Source: Eremomyces bilateralis CBS 781.70
Taxonomy: Eukaryota
Assembly (NCBI GenBank): GCA_010015585.1
Contig: ML975155.1
Direction: 5' to 3' (one strand)
Length of the DNA stretch: 64,000 bases
This document shows positions 14,553 through 27,286 of the stretch, in pieces; position 1 is the first letter of the stretch; each line of letters begins with the position of its first letter. Made by a program: the position numbers and the translations under genes. The notes below the pieces were generated by a model. That model did no database searches, had not been told where the DNA came from, and was given only the letters and a program-made list of their open reading frames with translations.

Positions 14553-16600
14553 ATGTCCGGAGCAGAGCTCGTGATAGCAGTCATTGCCTTGGTACACCGT
14601 ACAGTAGAAGGGCTCGAGTACATCCGGAGTATTATCAAAGATGTCCAGAACGGACAGAAAACCCTTGAAGACCTCAAGGAAGATGTCGTTTTTATGCACG
14701 GCATTTTTCTGCCGGTCAAGGAAGAGGATAATTTTCCCACCAAGAATCCTGACCTCCTTTATCAAGCCTGTGAAAAATGCATTCCGTCGACCGCCTTCGC
14801 AAATCAATTACACGGTTCGAGGGCGTTAAATATTCAGGGTGCAGCGTGGGATAGAGTATTGGACGAGGATTATAACGAGATCACATAAGCAAAATTCGAG
14901 GAGTGCAGTCGAAATGTGCAAGCTGCCAACCGAAACCTCCGAACCGGCGCGCTTCAATTATCTCAAGTGAACGCGATGAAGTATCCAATTTCCTTCTAGT
15001 CGCTTCCCAAGACGTCCTACTAATAATATACGCACTAGCGAGCTGAAGCAGGTTCAATCAGCGACGTATTCCAACATGGAACGTGAACTCAATATCTTGA
15101 AGACTGCCGCCCAACGAATTGATTGTAGCCTCCAGAGTGGCACACACGTGGAAGTCGAACCAATACCTCCATCGGTTTGGGATAAGAAAATTAGCACCGT
15201 GTGCAAGTTCACTACCGAATACCCTCCTAAGGCCAGCCCTAGTCTCGCTCCCAGCTCCTTCGAGGAGCCATTTCCCCGAGAACTCGACCCCAGCGGCAAG
15301 ATGCAAAAATGGCGAGCTTCAATTGAGAAGTCGGTGGTTGGAGCGCCTCGAACAGTTACAACCAGGACCTCGAACAGATATTCCTTTTTCTTCGGACAGG
15401 TCACATATGAAAAGTTAGTGACAAGCCTGGTCCATAAATATGGACATGAACCCTCTGTTTTGAGGGCCTACTCGTGACTTGGAGTATTACCGCCGTGATG
15501 GTCTTCTCAGTATGGGTATGGAAATGGTGTCAGGCTGGAATATGGTCGAGAAATGACTATGAACCCAAGATGTGACATGCGAATCCACGTCTTCAACGTC
15601 ATCCCCTCCGACTCGCCTGTCTTTCAAACATACCCGTAGGAGAAAATTACCTGGCTTCGTTACCTGTTCGATCAGACATCTCCATTTGATGTGGATGAGA
15701 GATCCTGTGGCTTGTTGGACTCTGTTTTGAACGAGCATTTGAAAGAGGACGTGATCGATGTGGTCGATCTCATCTCGCGGAACGGATCCAGGAAAGATAG
15801 TTCTACGCGTATTGCATTCAGTCGGTCTCGGCCACCATGAGCATATGCTCACTCAGGGTCTCGGCTACCCAGATTCCGCTGCGGATACGACACATAATTG
15901 GAAGATCCTAAGCAAGATAGCGTGTAGATGGGTTCGGTTTTCACGCTCCAATCCATTCCATCACCCTGAACTTCGATTGGAATGATGGCGACTGTCGGGT
16001 GCGAATATATCAAGTTTGCCAATGGACATGTTCTTTACGATGGACGACAAATGGTCGGTTTTCGAGGATCTGGTATTTGAGCATACGGGCTAGGTTTTTG
16101 GCCCATTACTGTGCGCTCAGCCGCAATGGTTCCTTGAGATGGTTTACCACGAACTAGACATGCGATTGAGATACCGTTTCACAATTCTAGAGTATATGTG
16201 CCGAACGGGAATGAAGGACAAAACACTCCGATGACCTTTGAAAGCCGATCAATCTAGACCTCTCTCCAAATACTCCTGCGAAAACGGAATGAATCATTGA
16301 TCTTCCAGCTCCTGGATAGGAATGGATGGACCTCAGACCTGGAGGAGGAATATGGAGAAGAGCAATGCAGCACATGGTCGACGTTGTGGCGTTGTTGTTG
16401 AAGTCAGGAGAGGAACCCGATCCTATATGCTGCTGCGATAGGATGGTCGAGATCTGCAAATGGCCCAGGGGATATAACACCTTTGCCTACCGTCAAGGTC
16501 TCCTAGAGGTTTAGATAAGCGCGTTGGAGAAAGCGGGTTCTGATTCTAGGCGAGTGACAGATGGTTTTATGTTCGAGGGTGTACCGGAGATGTTTTTCAT
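14553..16600 (+). pseudogene. Decayed gene with an N-terminal helical domain (fungal STAND/HeLo-like N-terminus) and an ankyrin-associated region
   Basis: Starts MSGAELVIAVIALVHRTVEGLEYIRSIIKDVQNG. An in-frame TAA at 14886 is followed by continued coding-like sequence up to an intron. A later segment HVFNVIPSDSPVFQ..*..LRYLFDQTSPFDVDERSCGLLD contains TAG at 15637. The 3' boundary is approximate. Confidence 0.45.
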
Positions 16601-16955
16601 TGCCTGAACAATAGGAACCATTCAGGAATCTCGAGGGCACCTGAGCTAGAGAAATATAATGTCCTAATATATCTCGGAATGGAATACAATGCAGTTCTGT
16701 TTCATGACTTTCACCTTATATCACGTCTACGATGTCATCAGCGACGATCGGCGACCCCACCAAATCGTGACCACATGACGCGACAACTGCCCAGTCCCCT
16801 CCCCACTCCGGCTCCGTGTGAATCTCATCCACTTCCTTTCCCCATTTCTAACGCCTAACAAACCTGCTACCCGTACTGCGTCTTTGTGTAAAGCGTTTGA
16901 AAAGTTCATACTCAAAGTCTAGCCTCATACGTAGTTCTTTGACTTCATATTCGAG

Positions 16956-17404
16956 ATGCCTCGCGAAAATCCTCCCGGCCCGGTCACCCCGGAATTCCTG
17001 GCTGCTTCCAACATCAAATTCAATAGCCACCCTACCAATGAAGAGAAGCTGGATGTATGTGCATGACACTCTACTATACTCCGACCTCTCACTATTACCA
17101 GAGAATGATGATTAACTTTTCCTGCGTGTAGATGTATGCTCATTACAAAGTTGGCGGTGGCTATGACCTCGCGACTGCGGAGCCAGTTGGGACCTTTCAA
17201 TTTGAGGTATGCGATTACACTCTCGACCCGAACAAGGCTCTCATACTTGTACATGGAGCTGATACGTGTGTGGATATGTAGGAGAAGGCCAAGCGTCGTG
17301 CGTGGCAAGCTTTGGTTGACACGGGAATCTCCGCCGAGGACGCCCAGAAGAAGTACGTCGAGATCGTCGAGGGGTTCAAGGCGAAGTACGGTGTCCAATC
17401 ATGA
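16956..17404 (+). CDS. ACB1: Acyl-CoA-binding protein, 98 aa (exons 16956-17054, 17132-17206, 17282-17404)
   Basis: The spliced product reads ...HPTNEEKLDMYAHYKVG...GTFQFEEKAKRRAWQAL..GISAEDAQKKYVEIV, the ACBP signature. Both introns are phase 0 and canonical. Missed by the ORF track. Confidence 0.9.
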
Positions 17405-17552
17405 TAGAGTGAGACATCTGCTACGAACTAGTATGGAATACCGGATGGTGTAACACCGTACATACTGTTGCGTGCGGATGTAATATGTCATTATTCATAG
17501 CAAGTACATAAGCCACCGAAATATCGGAACACTGTTGCTGAAAGAAGTGAGG

Positions 17553-19442
17553 TCAGCCCGTTCCCGCAATCTGATACCGCTGTCCCATCCAGTCTGGCTC
17601 CATGTGAGACTCCGTAGGGCACCATGGCCGTTCGCCTTTCCGATACGGCACCAGAGGCAAGTCATACGGCATCCGGAAGCCGACGACCCTTGCACCCTTC
17701 TCGATATTGCCTGGCACTTCGGTGTTACTAGGCATATCATGACCGAAGACCGGAACCATCACTGGATTTGGCGATGCTGTTTCCCCTTCCTCGTTTTGCG
17801 CTGTGCCGAATTTCTCACTAAATAGACCGGGCCAAACGACCACCCCCGCTTCGTAGCTGCAGATGCGCACTTCCCCTCCCTTATTCTCACCCGCACCCCA
17901 CGCCTGAGTCGACATATTCGCGCTGGTGATCATCGCCCAGTCGATAGTTGTCTGAACAGCATCGCTAAACCGGATATATGTCTTGATATGCGGCGCAGCT
18001 CGGCGACGATGCGCTTCCCTCACTTTAGAAGGCAGATTGCTTTCTGGCTCCGAGTCAGCCTCCGAGACAGCCTCCGAGTCCGTTTCGACGGCTGGTTCGC
18101 AAGACTTCCTTGAACTTGGCTGATTCACTAGGCTATTGGAAGAGTCCGGCCTTAGGCCTTCACCATCACCCGCCCAATAACAGAGCATGGGCCTCACCAT
18201 CTCAAGCTGTTTCTTTTGGGCGACAGAGGCCAGCTTCATGTGGATCGAAGTACCGGCGCGGTAGCCGTCCAAGGAGCGCCTAATCTCATCGGGAGTAGGG
18301 AAGACGATGTGAACGGTTGGGTTCGACAGTTTCTCTTTTCCTTTCACCCTCTCAAATGCGCTCGATTGCTGCTTACTCGCAGGTCTCGCAACTGGGCCGG
18401 CACTGGTCTTGAGGGCACTGAAGAAGTTTTCCAACCACTTTTCGTAGAGAGTCGCGACAGATGACATTTGGATGACAATGTTTGGAAGGCCAGAGTTAGA
18501 GAAATGGTGGGGGATCGTGCTTAGTATTTCTCTGATGCCAGGCCATCCAAACGAGGTGAATTGGCTTGGGTTGGCTTCTGTCACCTTCTCACGACATGGT
18601 ACGCTGCCAATGAAGGCGGCTCGGATCGCTGAGAAATCATAGTTCTCAAGTTGTTGGATGAGAGAATTGAGTCGGCCGCTATATGCTTTTAGATAACGAA
18701 TAAGATCGATTTTGAAGCGATCACCACTTCCTATGGTCGCTGATTGTGGCGATTGACTGGCGGAGTTTGAATGACGAGGGAGTAGTGGAGAGCGCCAGAC
18801 CGCTTGGGTCATATTAGTCCAATCAAATGGTATCATGTTCGCGGTATGTATAACAACTTGAGCACAGTCATCGTGGCGGAGAAGGACGATCATCTTCGTA
18901 TGATGAGTACCGAACGGCTCCGGCATATGCGCAGTGATAAGTTGGACATTGGAGAATCGTGAAGCTTCCTCCGTAAGCCGCTGTCGACGCTCATCGTCCC
19001 GCTTCCAGAAGCCATGAATGATCTTGAGGGCGAGAGAACCTCGGACATCAGGATCGAGGTTGGATACGACAAATTTGATGTCGGTGAGGTAGTTAAATGT
19101 CCAGCACTCTTTGATGAGTGGGTCGCAGATAATGTCTTTGAGTGAGACGGCGTTGATGTTCTTCTGGTCAGGTAGATCACGGATTTTGGTGAGGTGGATG
19201 GGAGATGCTTGAAGGTGATCCTGATCGAGTGGTATTTGCCGTTTATCTGTCTGGCTACCTGGCTCTCGTGATTCCTGACGCTTTCCTTGACCTCTACTTT
19301 GGCGTGGCGGACTTATAACTCGATGGAGTGATGCCAAGGACAGACGAGTTTGGTTAACTGAAGACTGGCTCGAATCCGGTAGTGCGCCTTCTGCCTCGTT
19401 CAATCGACGGCGTTTGGAAGACCCCCCTTCAACACGATCCAT
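17553..19442 (-). CDS. TDP1: Tyrosyl-DNA phosphodiesterase 1
   Basis: 629-aa ORF with two HKN phospholipase-D motifs (GTHHTKM...HTAN and PHIKTY...TSAN), plus QAWG, SYEAGV and PYDLP. Confidence 0.95.
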   Translation of the reverse strand: MDRVEGGSSKRRRLNEAEGALPDSSQSSVNQTRLSLASLHRVISPPRQSRGQGKRQESREPGSQTDKRQIPLDQDHLQASPIHLTKIRDLPDQKNINAVSLKDIICDPLIKECWTFNYLTDIKFVVSNLDPDVRGSLALKIIHGFWKRDDERRQRLTEEASRFSNVQLITAHMPEPFGTHHTKMIVLLRHDDCAQVVIHTANMIPFDWTNMTQAVWRSPLLPRHSNSASQSPQSATIGSGDRFKIDLIRYLKAYSGRLNSLIQQLENYDFSAIRAAFIGSVPCREKVTEANPSQFTSFGWPGIREILSTIPHHFSNSGLPNIVIQMSSVATLYEKWLENFFSALKTSAGPVARPASKQQSSAFERVKGKEKLSNPTVHIVFPTPDEIRRSLDGYRAGTSIHMKLASVAQKKQLEMVRPMLCYWAGDGEGLRPDSSNSLVNQPSSRKSCEPAVETDSEAVSEADSEPESNLPSKVREAHRRRAAPHIKTYIRFSDAVQTTIDWAMITSANMSTQAWGAGENKGGEVRICSYEAGVVVWPGLFSEKFGTAQNEEGETASPNPVMVPVFGHDMPSNTEVPGNIEKGARVVGFRMPYDLPLVPYRKGERPWCPTESHMEPDWMGQRYQIAGTG

Positions 19443-19464
19443 AATGAAGAATGTAGATTCGGAC

Positions 19465-19872
19465 TCAAAGCCTCGGGGGCAGCGTGAATGCCAGAGTCAC
19501 AACCACGACTGCAAGAACTACGAGTGCCGAGCTGAGGAACAATCCGCAGAGAACAGCAGATTTCTCTGAGCAGACCGACTTAAAGCAACAAGAGTCACAT
19601 GCGAATTCACCCGGCCGTCGTGAAGGGAAGAAATCAGCATTATCGTTCTGGTTCTCTTCGTCGTTACGAGAATCGTCGCATTCACCATCCGCCCCTTGCT
19701 CTTGAGGTGATTCTGCCGCTTCGCTGTCTACGGGAGCCGTAGAGGAATAATCTGGAGGGTCGATTGGGTTCTTGTGACTTGATGACGAATGATCGACATC
19801 TGAAAGTAGGACGTTGGCGTCTTCCTCAATGGGAACGGTTTGATAATGATGGGAGGGTTTGAAGTTGAACAT
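19465..19872 (-). CDS. Small hypothetical protein (~135 aa) with an acidic N-terminus, a Cys cluster and a C-terminal TM helix
   Basis: Open frame from ATG 19872 (MFNFKPSHHYQTVPIEED...), then CDSCC, then hydrophobic AVLCGLFLSSALVVLAVVVVTLAFTL. No family recognised. Confidence 0.55.
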   Translation of the reverse strand: MFNFKPSHHYQTVPIEEDANVLLSDVDHSSSSHKNPIDPPDYSSTAPVDSEAAESPQEQGADGECDDSRNDEENQNDNADFFPSRRPGEFACDSCCFKSVCSEKSAVLCGLFLSSALVVLAVVVVTLAFTLPPRL

Positions 19873-22108
19873 GATGAAGTGATTGGACCAATGAGCATTG
19901 GTGGTTGCCTTGCGTGCCTGGGGAATCAAGCAGAAGCAGAAGGGTTGCACCGTTGCAGTGATATTTCGTACTAACTAGTTCTAGTATCAAGCTCAACACT
20001 CACTTCAACGACATGTAAATCAAGTGAAAGCTTGTGGTGACCAGATTCTTTTATCTCTCAAGATGAGAAAAGGGAAAGGCTTGGGCTTTTACAAGTGTCC
20101 CTTCTAGCTTCCAGCCTGACACAGCTACTGTTCTCTAACATCTAGTATGCAGAATGGTAAGTATCCTGCAGTACCGCGCACCTTATTCCACCACTCATGT
20201 TTTGACTTTTGAGACAATACGGCCTACTCACCTATTGAGATCTCCATTGAGAGAAACTTCGATCATCGATGGAGTGACCTCGAGCATGGGCACTATCTCA
20301 AACGACGCGTGGCTGTGGCATTACGGCGCAGCGAGCTCACGACATGGCCAATCAATACTTCCAACTATCGAGCTTAAAAGACATGACATCTGTGGCGGTA
20401 AGGCTGAGCTGCCTGGATCCGAGGAACGAATACGAGGCTCAATCGCATCTGTCCAATAGTGTCCATTCTGCAAAGAGTGCCGTTAGCGCCACGATTGCTG
20501 CGGTCCCTCGACGGATATCTTACGATGTCAAGAACGAATGAACAACCCCTGGACTCACGACTGCCTAATCATGTTACCAACGGTGCCTAGAGAGGTTTCG
20601 ATATACTTGTGAACTTGTCGAAGGGACGGGTTTCATATGGCTAAAGGGAGAGCTAAAGGAAGATGTGAGTTTAGTGGATAGTAGTAATCTTCGGACTGGG
20701 ACATACCACCTTACATTGTAGGTACCTTACGAGGGCCGGTATAGGTCTGCGGAAGGTACGTTGGTATACTTTCCTCCACAGAGTCGCTCTTCCCTCTGGA
20801 AGTGCCTTTAACAGGCGTTTATAGATAGACTCTTAACAGGCTTTTAACAAGAACTCGAATTTGGAGATGTCGGAATTTTACCACCAAGGAAAAATGCCTG
20901 TTGAGAGATCTGTTTTGTGCCTGTTGGCCCCCCCCTAAGGTATTCCACAACCATCTCCATCTGGCATCTGATGAGGGAAACCATTACCTTCTACTGACGC
21001 GACGCGACGCATTCTGACTTTCTGACTGGCTATTATCTGAGTACCTATCTGACTCTCTCGTCCCCCATCATATCGACGAAGGAAACTGACCTAATACATC
21101 ACCAATTTCTACTCTCTCCTCATCTTTGGGGCACCACACAACTGCTGTCGCTTTATCGAACCATTTCGACATCCACCACATTTTCGTGCGTCCACCTACG
21201 GCGGAAGAGATAATTAGAAGCCTGGAAAAAGAGCCCCAGTGCCAGATGAAAGGACCCCGAGCGGCCGAGTCCACCTTCCGAAAAGAATCCGTTGAGCAAT
21301 CTTACCAATGGATGTGCGGAATAGGAACACAATGATTTACACCCGAAGAAGCCGACGCCTATCGAAGCGGGATCCGCAAGTCCAACTATTGGGAATACGA
21401 TACCCAACATCTCAGGGACCAGATATCTGAGCTGACATGGCAGAATCTTTTTGGCGAACACGCCGTGGATGGCGTGGCCACAATAGATGGCTGGCGACAA
21501 ATTGCAGACACGTATACAGGCTGCCTAAAGAGACAGGGACTTTCAACGCAACAAGTCAGGCAAAGTCGACTCGCATCAAGGACTAAAGCTACTGGAAGTC
21601 TAAGGCAGAGCGTCTTCGCGAGATCGCGGCTATTCGTGAGTATGAAATGCAGGAGAAGCACTGGGAAAAGATGGCAATCATTCAAGCAATCCTAAGCCCA
21701 GCCGAGAGCGAAACGGAGCACCAAAGCCTGGAGAAGCTAGGACGCCACGACTAGACACTGAGCAAGCAGCCGACACGACACTCGCGGTAGTCCAAATAAA
21801 TCGTCAGAGAGGCACTGACTGATAGAGTATTGGACAAGAGAAGAGCCGGGTTGCGTAACTCCACAGCGTCGAAGGTGGGAAAATGTAGTAGCGGCAAGGT
21901 TGGTGCAAAAGGCCAAAACTAATTGCTACGAAAGTGAAAAGTGGTAACTAGTTACAGAGTAGGTGGCTAGATTATTAACCTTGGGTTTTCACTTTTCAGT
22001 GTCTAACCTCCCATCCCACCCTTCTAGGCATGTATTCGCCATGCGTTTTTCATCATTTCAGCCCCCTTGTTTAAACGGGGCATCGCAACGTCGAACTGGA
22101 TTTTGGCG

Positions 22109-22932
22109 TTATATCATTCCGCATCCCTTCGGCATATATGGTACCAGCGCTTGATTGAAACTTGAAGATGCTGTATTCTTCTGGCGAGAAAATAGGCAGA
22201 ACTCGATCGATAATCTCGGTTCAGGCATGGTGTTTGGATCGAGACCTAGCGTCAAAGTATTCTTGGTCAGTGATACTGAAACTAGAAGCACCCCAGTCAA
22301 GGATAGCGGCTATTCTGCATTGAGCCATTGACCATCGACAAAGATATTTCCTGGATGTAGGTTGCCGTGGGAAAAACCCTTTCCGTCGTTGGATAACGAC
22401 ATCATCCTATCAACGAGGATATGGTCGCTTTTGCTCAAGCATCCAGTCGGCCTTCCGTTTTTCAGGGCCTCAACTGCGCGATCATTATGATCTTTGGCAG
22501 GCCAGAAGGAGTGGGGGAAACTCATCTCGACCGGCATGAAATTCCACGGAATCGAGATATACAGTATGTAAATTCCTCCAACCCTTAATGTATCCCCCTA
22601 ACTGCTCAGGAGTTTCTCATTCTCCTGTTTTGTTATACCACTCGATGTGTCCCAGCAAGGTGACCCTCAATCTTGGATATGAGAACATATCCTTCCCATC
22701 CTTCTCATATGCAGTGTATACCTTTGGGACAGGAATGTTAATGTTCCAGCCGGGGGACCAAATAAGAGGTCGGGGGCCATTGTGGGGGCCTGATACAGGG
22801 CCATACTGCAGGAATGTAGAACACAAATGGCTGGATGCTAAAATGGAGATAGGTTACCGAGCCGATGTTGATTCTTGTGGGAAAGATCCGGAAGCCAAAG
22901 AGGTTGATGTCCTCATTGAGATATAGAGACAC
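22109..22932 (-). pseudogene. Frameshifted aminoglycoside-phosphotransferase (APH)/kinase-like gene remnant
   Basis: Motifs appear in order but are broken by stops and frameshifts: IPVPKVY; FSHGNLHPGNIFVD; then, after a frameshift, RIAAILDWGASSFSITDQEYF. Confidence 0.7.
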
Positions 22933-23211
22933 GTCATCGCTCCCGTTCTTGATAGCGCGTTCAAAACGAGCACCCTAGTTTGAAAGTGTCAAAGTTCCAA
23001 TCACTCATCCATGCGGTGGAAATGCGGACACACGTTTATCAATTAGGGAGAAGCTATAATTGAAGCCATTATATGTCCATGAAGAAAAAAGATACATTGT
23101 CCCGTCATTCAACCAAATGCCCGCTAAAAATCCGCTTGAAAACCACGAATTACATTCCCCTCCTTTCCTACCTAACTACAGGAAATGTTGATCGTCAACT
23201 GACACAGCAGC

Positions 23212-25275
23212 TTACATAATCCCAACTACAAACACACCAAACACGGCCAATCCAACGATCTCTACCACTCCCGCAACATTCAACGTGGCCGCCGCGCCCG
23301 TGAACTGCGGTGGCTTAGCACCTGTCCCAGTGGGGGGGGTCCGGGTCCCATTCTGCGCGGGATAAGACGACGCCGTGACCGGAGGCTTCCCGGGGGAGGC
23401 GGGCTTGTCGGTGGGCTTCTCCGGGGTGACCGGCGGCTTCGCGGGGGAGGCAGGTTTGTCGGTGGGTTTCTCCGGCGCGGGGGGGGGCGGGACTTGAGCG
23501 GTCGGTGTCGCGGGGGCGGTCGGGATGGTGAGCGTGACGGTGGTGGGGGTGGCCTCGCAAACGTGGCAGACAGTCACGGTGGTGGTGAAGCCTGGGGGAG
23601 GGGCGCCGGGGGTGGTGTGGGTGGCAGGGCAGTAGGTCACGGTTTGGGTGACGGTAACGGTGGTGAAGCCGGTCGGGCAGATGGTCACGTAGGAGGTGGT
23701 GATGACGGTTGTGATGGTCTCGGGCAGGGTGGTGGGGTATGGGGGATGAGGACCGTGGCTGTGCCCGGGGGGAGGAGGGGTGATGACCGAAGTGGGTGCG
23801 GAGCCAGTATCGGAGGGCTTGCTAGTATCGGAGGGCTTGCCAGTACCTGAAGGCTTGCCAGTGCCTGGGGGCTTGCCAGTGCCTGGGGGCTTGCCAGAAC
23901 CTGAGGGCTTACCGGATCCTGAAGGCTTGCCAGTACCGGATGGCTTTCCAGTACCTGAGGGTTTTCCAGTGCCTGAGGTGTTTCCAGTGCCTGAGGGCTT
24001 GCCGGTACCTGAGGGCTTGCCAGTGCCAGAGGGCTTGCCAGTGCCAGAGGGCTTCCCTGATCCTGAGGGTTTAGGACCAGTAGTAGTGGGTTTGGCGGTA
24101 GAGTGATCAACGGCGCTTGATGAGCGCGACGACGGGGTGGTCGAGCTTGACGAGGTGGTCGAGGGTTTGGGGGTGGTGTTATAGACCCGGATGGAGTTGA
24201 TCAGCCAGTACCTGTCGTGGGGTTAGCAAAGAGATATTTCCGGATTGGGACGGAGCACCTACGATTCCTTGAAGGCCAGCGGGTTTTCCGCGACATATTT
24301 CACGCAAGAGTAAATCTGGTCGAGGCCTGGAGTCATGGGGCAGCCCGACGCTTCCCATGCGTTGCCGGCCCAGTCGCCACAGAAATCGGTGTTGAGGATC
24401 AGGCGTTGCGCCCCGAAGGCGGAGGGGATATCGCAGTCGCCTTCGAAGTTCGCGGCGGGTGGTCCGAACTCCTCTGGGTGGGGCATTTTCTCGGTGATGC
24501 TCGAAGGAACACTGCCGCGAGGGAAGAACCACATTTTGATAGCATCGTCGGTCCACAGCAGCGCGTAGACACCGCCTCCGTTTGCGTTAAACCCGGTTCC
24601 AAACGAGGTGGGACGTTGATCCTCCACAGCGCAACCTTCCGTCCCAGCGCTCACGGCACATTGAGGATTGATGAGGGTGCCAGTGGCATCGGCGTTGGAA
24701 ATGTCGCACTTGGCCTCGGTGTGGAGCACCATGCGGTTCGCGGAGTTGAGATTGATGCCCTCGACGATATCGATCTCGCCATTTTTCGGCCATTCGCCTT
24801 CTCCCATCGTCCAGAGTGCCGGCCAGGTACCACAGGCAGCGCCGGGCATATGCGCGACATCCACGATGACAAGTCCCTCATCGATTGTCTTGATTCCCTG
24901 GACGCGGATACTCTTCCGGCCGACACTCTGTTGCCGACGGAGTTTCTGACTGGCGCTCGGACCGGTAAGAACCGTGTCGGAATCGACACCAAAATACGCA
25001 GCATCCCCGATGGTTTTCACCAAGCCCTCCTTCTCAGCGGTTTCCTTATCGACATACTCAACGAAACCATTGGTTGGATCCGGGCCGGTGAAAAAGTTGA
25101 AGTAATTGAATACATCCTTTCCTGTGTAGCCATCTTTGAGACACCATTGGGGATATGTTTCCCTTGGTGCGAGGTGACGATGAGGATGAAGGCCGGGGGC
25201 ATGACGGCTTTGGACAGCCGGAACGGCTGACAATGCAAGGGCAAGTGTCGATACAAGGAGTGACGAAGAATACAT
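23212..25275 (-). CDS. Secreted, probably GPI-anchored GH16 endo-1,3(4)-beta-glucanase with a Ser/Thr/Pro/Gly stalk (one intron ~24213-24262)
   Basis: Signal peptide MYSSSLLVSTLALALSAV, then TWPALW, catalytic EIDIVE and NTDFCGDWAG. Splicing gives FKESYWLINSIRVY, followed by low-complexity repeats and a hydrophobic GPI-type tail (FTGAAATLNVAGVVEIVGLAVFGVFVVGIM). Confidence 0.92.
23808..24072 (-). repeat. Coding minisatellite, ~14 x 18 bp, encoding (G/S)KP(S/P)(G/D)(T/S) hexapeptides in the GH16 stalk
   Basis: Tandem variants of GAGGGCTTGCCAGT(A/G)CCT on the + strand. Confidence 0.9.
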
Positions 25276-27286
25276 TATGAATAACGAATGACTGAACGAA
25301 TAAGAGAACGAGTGTCGGAGTACGAAAGACTCAAGGAGCGTGAAGGGAGAAAGAAAAGACTCAGGCTGAACAGACTGGAGGCAATTGGTTGTATATATCA
25401 ATATTATCCCCTAAATGAGTCCGAGCATCGTACTAGGCAGATAGGGAGACTATTCGTATTCTTAGCTCACGACCCTTCTCACGTCCCCATGATCCCGAAT
25501 TCTGCATTCCCCATGCTCTTCTCGTTTTCCCAATCGACTACGTAGTAGTGTGTGCATGCACACTTAACTCTACTAGACCTCGTGTAGGTGGGTCCGCACC
25601 AATCGTTTCCGGTCAGTAAGCACATGGGGTTGTCTGTTCGCATGAACTCAGCCATCAATAATGTCTCTGGTGGTCGCCTCGTCGGTCGAAGGCCACGCAG
25701 GGACCCAATCCTACTTGGCCAGACCGGCGGGAACGCCAGCCACCCGGTCTTATGATTGGACTCAACAAGACAACCGCACAGAAGTAAATTGGGTAATAAC
25801 CATAACTGGTGAATTATTCATCCTTTATTACTCCTCTATCGTGTGGCTGGCATTTGGCCAACAGTCGAAGAGACTGTGCCGCAAGAACAATATCGTCGCC
25901 TGGGCAGGCAACTGGCAACTCGCAGGGACTGCAGCGAGCAGTCGAAGACTTGCACTCTTAGAGAGTCTAGACTCGACGCATGAGAAGAGTGGTGGACCGA
26001 TTCTCGGCGATCTCCTAGGCGCTAATCTCGTAGCTACGATAGCTTCGCAAGACTCGGCGATATTTCCGCCTTCCGGCTACCGAGCGCGTGGGAGCTGTTA
26101 AGAACGGAAGAGCGAGGCGACACATCACGCCTGGAGTGGTGGAAAGGAGAGTGGATGAATGCCAATGGGAAACGCAAAAACGCCAAGTGCAGAAAACGGC
26201 GCCAGCGCGTGAACGCTAATCCGTCTTAGGAATGGCGTCAGGGGTACCACGTAGATATCTCCCAGGGGTTAACGACAACAACGAACGACTGTCCAGTCTC
26301 CACGCCTCCACGGTCATGTCGGCCAAATGTCAAATATCAAGTGTCAACATTCACGAAATCTCCAATGCACAGAAGACTCCACCCATTCGCCACTCCGCCC
26401 AACGGCCGCATGATGTCCAATCGTCAGCATCCGCGGCTTATCTCTTGACTCGTTCGGGCTGATCAAGCTTCGAGGGCGCACATGGCATTTCTTGGTACGT
26501 GCCCGGCGGTATTTTTGGCTTTTTGGGTGCTTGTATCAGCATGAATAACAGGGTCGCATCTCGCTTTTGTAAACCAACGGTCAGTACTGCGTACAGGGGA
26601 GGTATTCGGCATTGTCGGTGACTCGGTGATTTGGGCGAGGAATGAGTGAGGAATACGATATCATATATTCCGTAAATTGCAGGAATTAGGAGGTAGAACG
26701 GGAGTGAGGAGCTGCAGTATTGTTTCAATAAAACACAGCTAGTGAGATTCTTTGGGAATAACCCGAGTGGTCTTTGAGCTTACAACGGAACCATGATGAC
26801 CCGAAGAATAAGAGGGGTGCGGAATATCATACTTTTAACTCTGCATTTTCTAGGCAACGGACAATCAAAACTTGAAACAGCGATACACGACGATCGATCG
26901 AATAAGCGATCTTAGAATTCTCGATTTTAACGTTGTGGTCGATAAAGAACATAAAGAGCCAACATGGCTTGCCCACGTACGGTATTTCGTTGGAAACACC
27001 TCGTCTGCAGAATTCCATCCTGATGCGGGAGGCAACCAATTGGAGCCACCCGCACATTCTTCTGCGGCCCTCATCCATCGATAACAAAACATGAATCGAA
27101 ACAAAGTATTCGGTGCAGAAAGGCCATGGAAAACGAAGCCGTGATATCCATCCGTACCCAGACCCATTCCCAGAGAAACACGCCGATAACCGCCCTTCAT
27201 CATCCTATCTACGCCTCATCAGGCAGACCCGATCGCAAACACCCGATCATAGACCACCGATCACACCATAATGTCGCCCACTCCGC

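Noticed and set aside
23808..24072. Regular short repeats that could suggest a CRISPR array
   Set aside because: Head-to-tail 18-mers with no unique spacers, in frame within a eukaryotic CDS.
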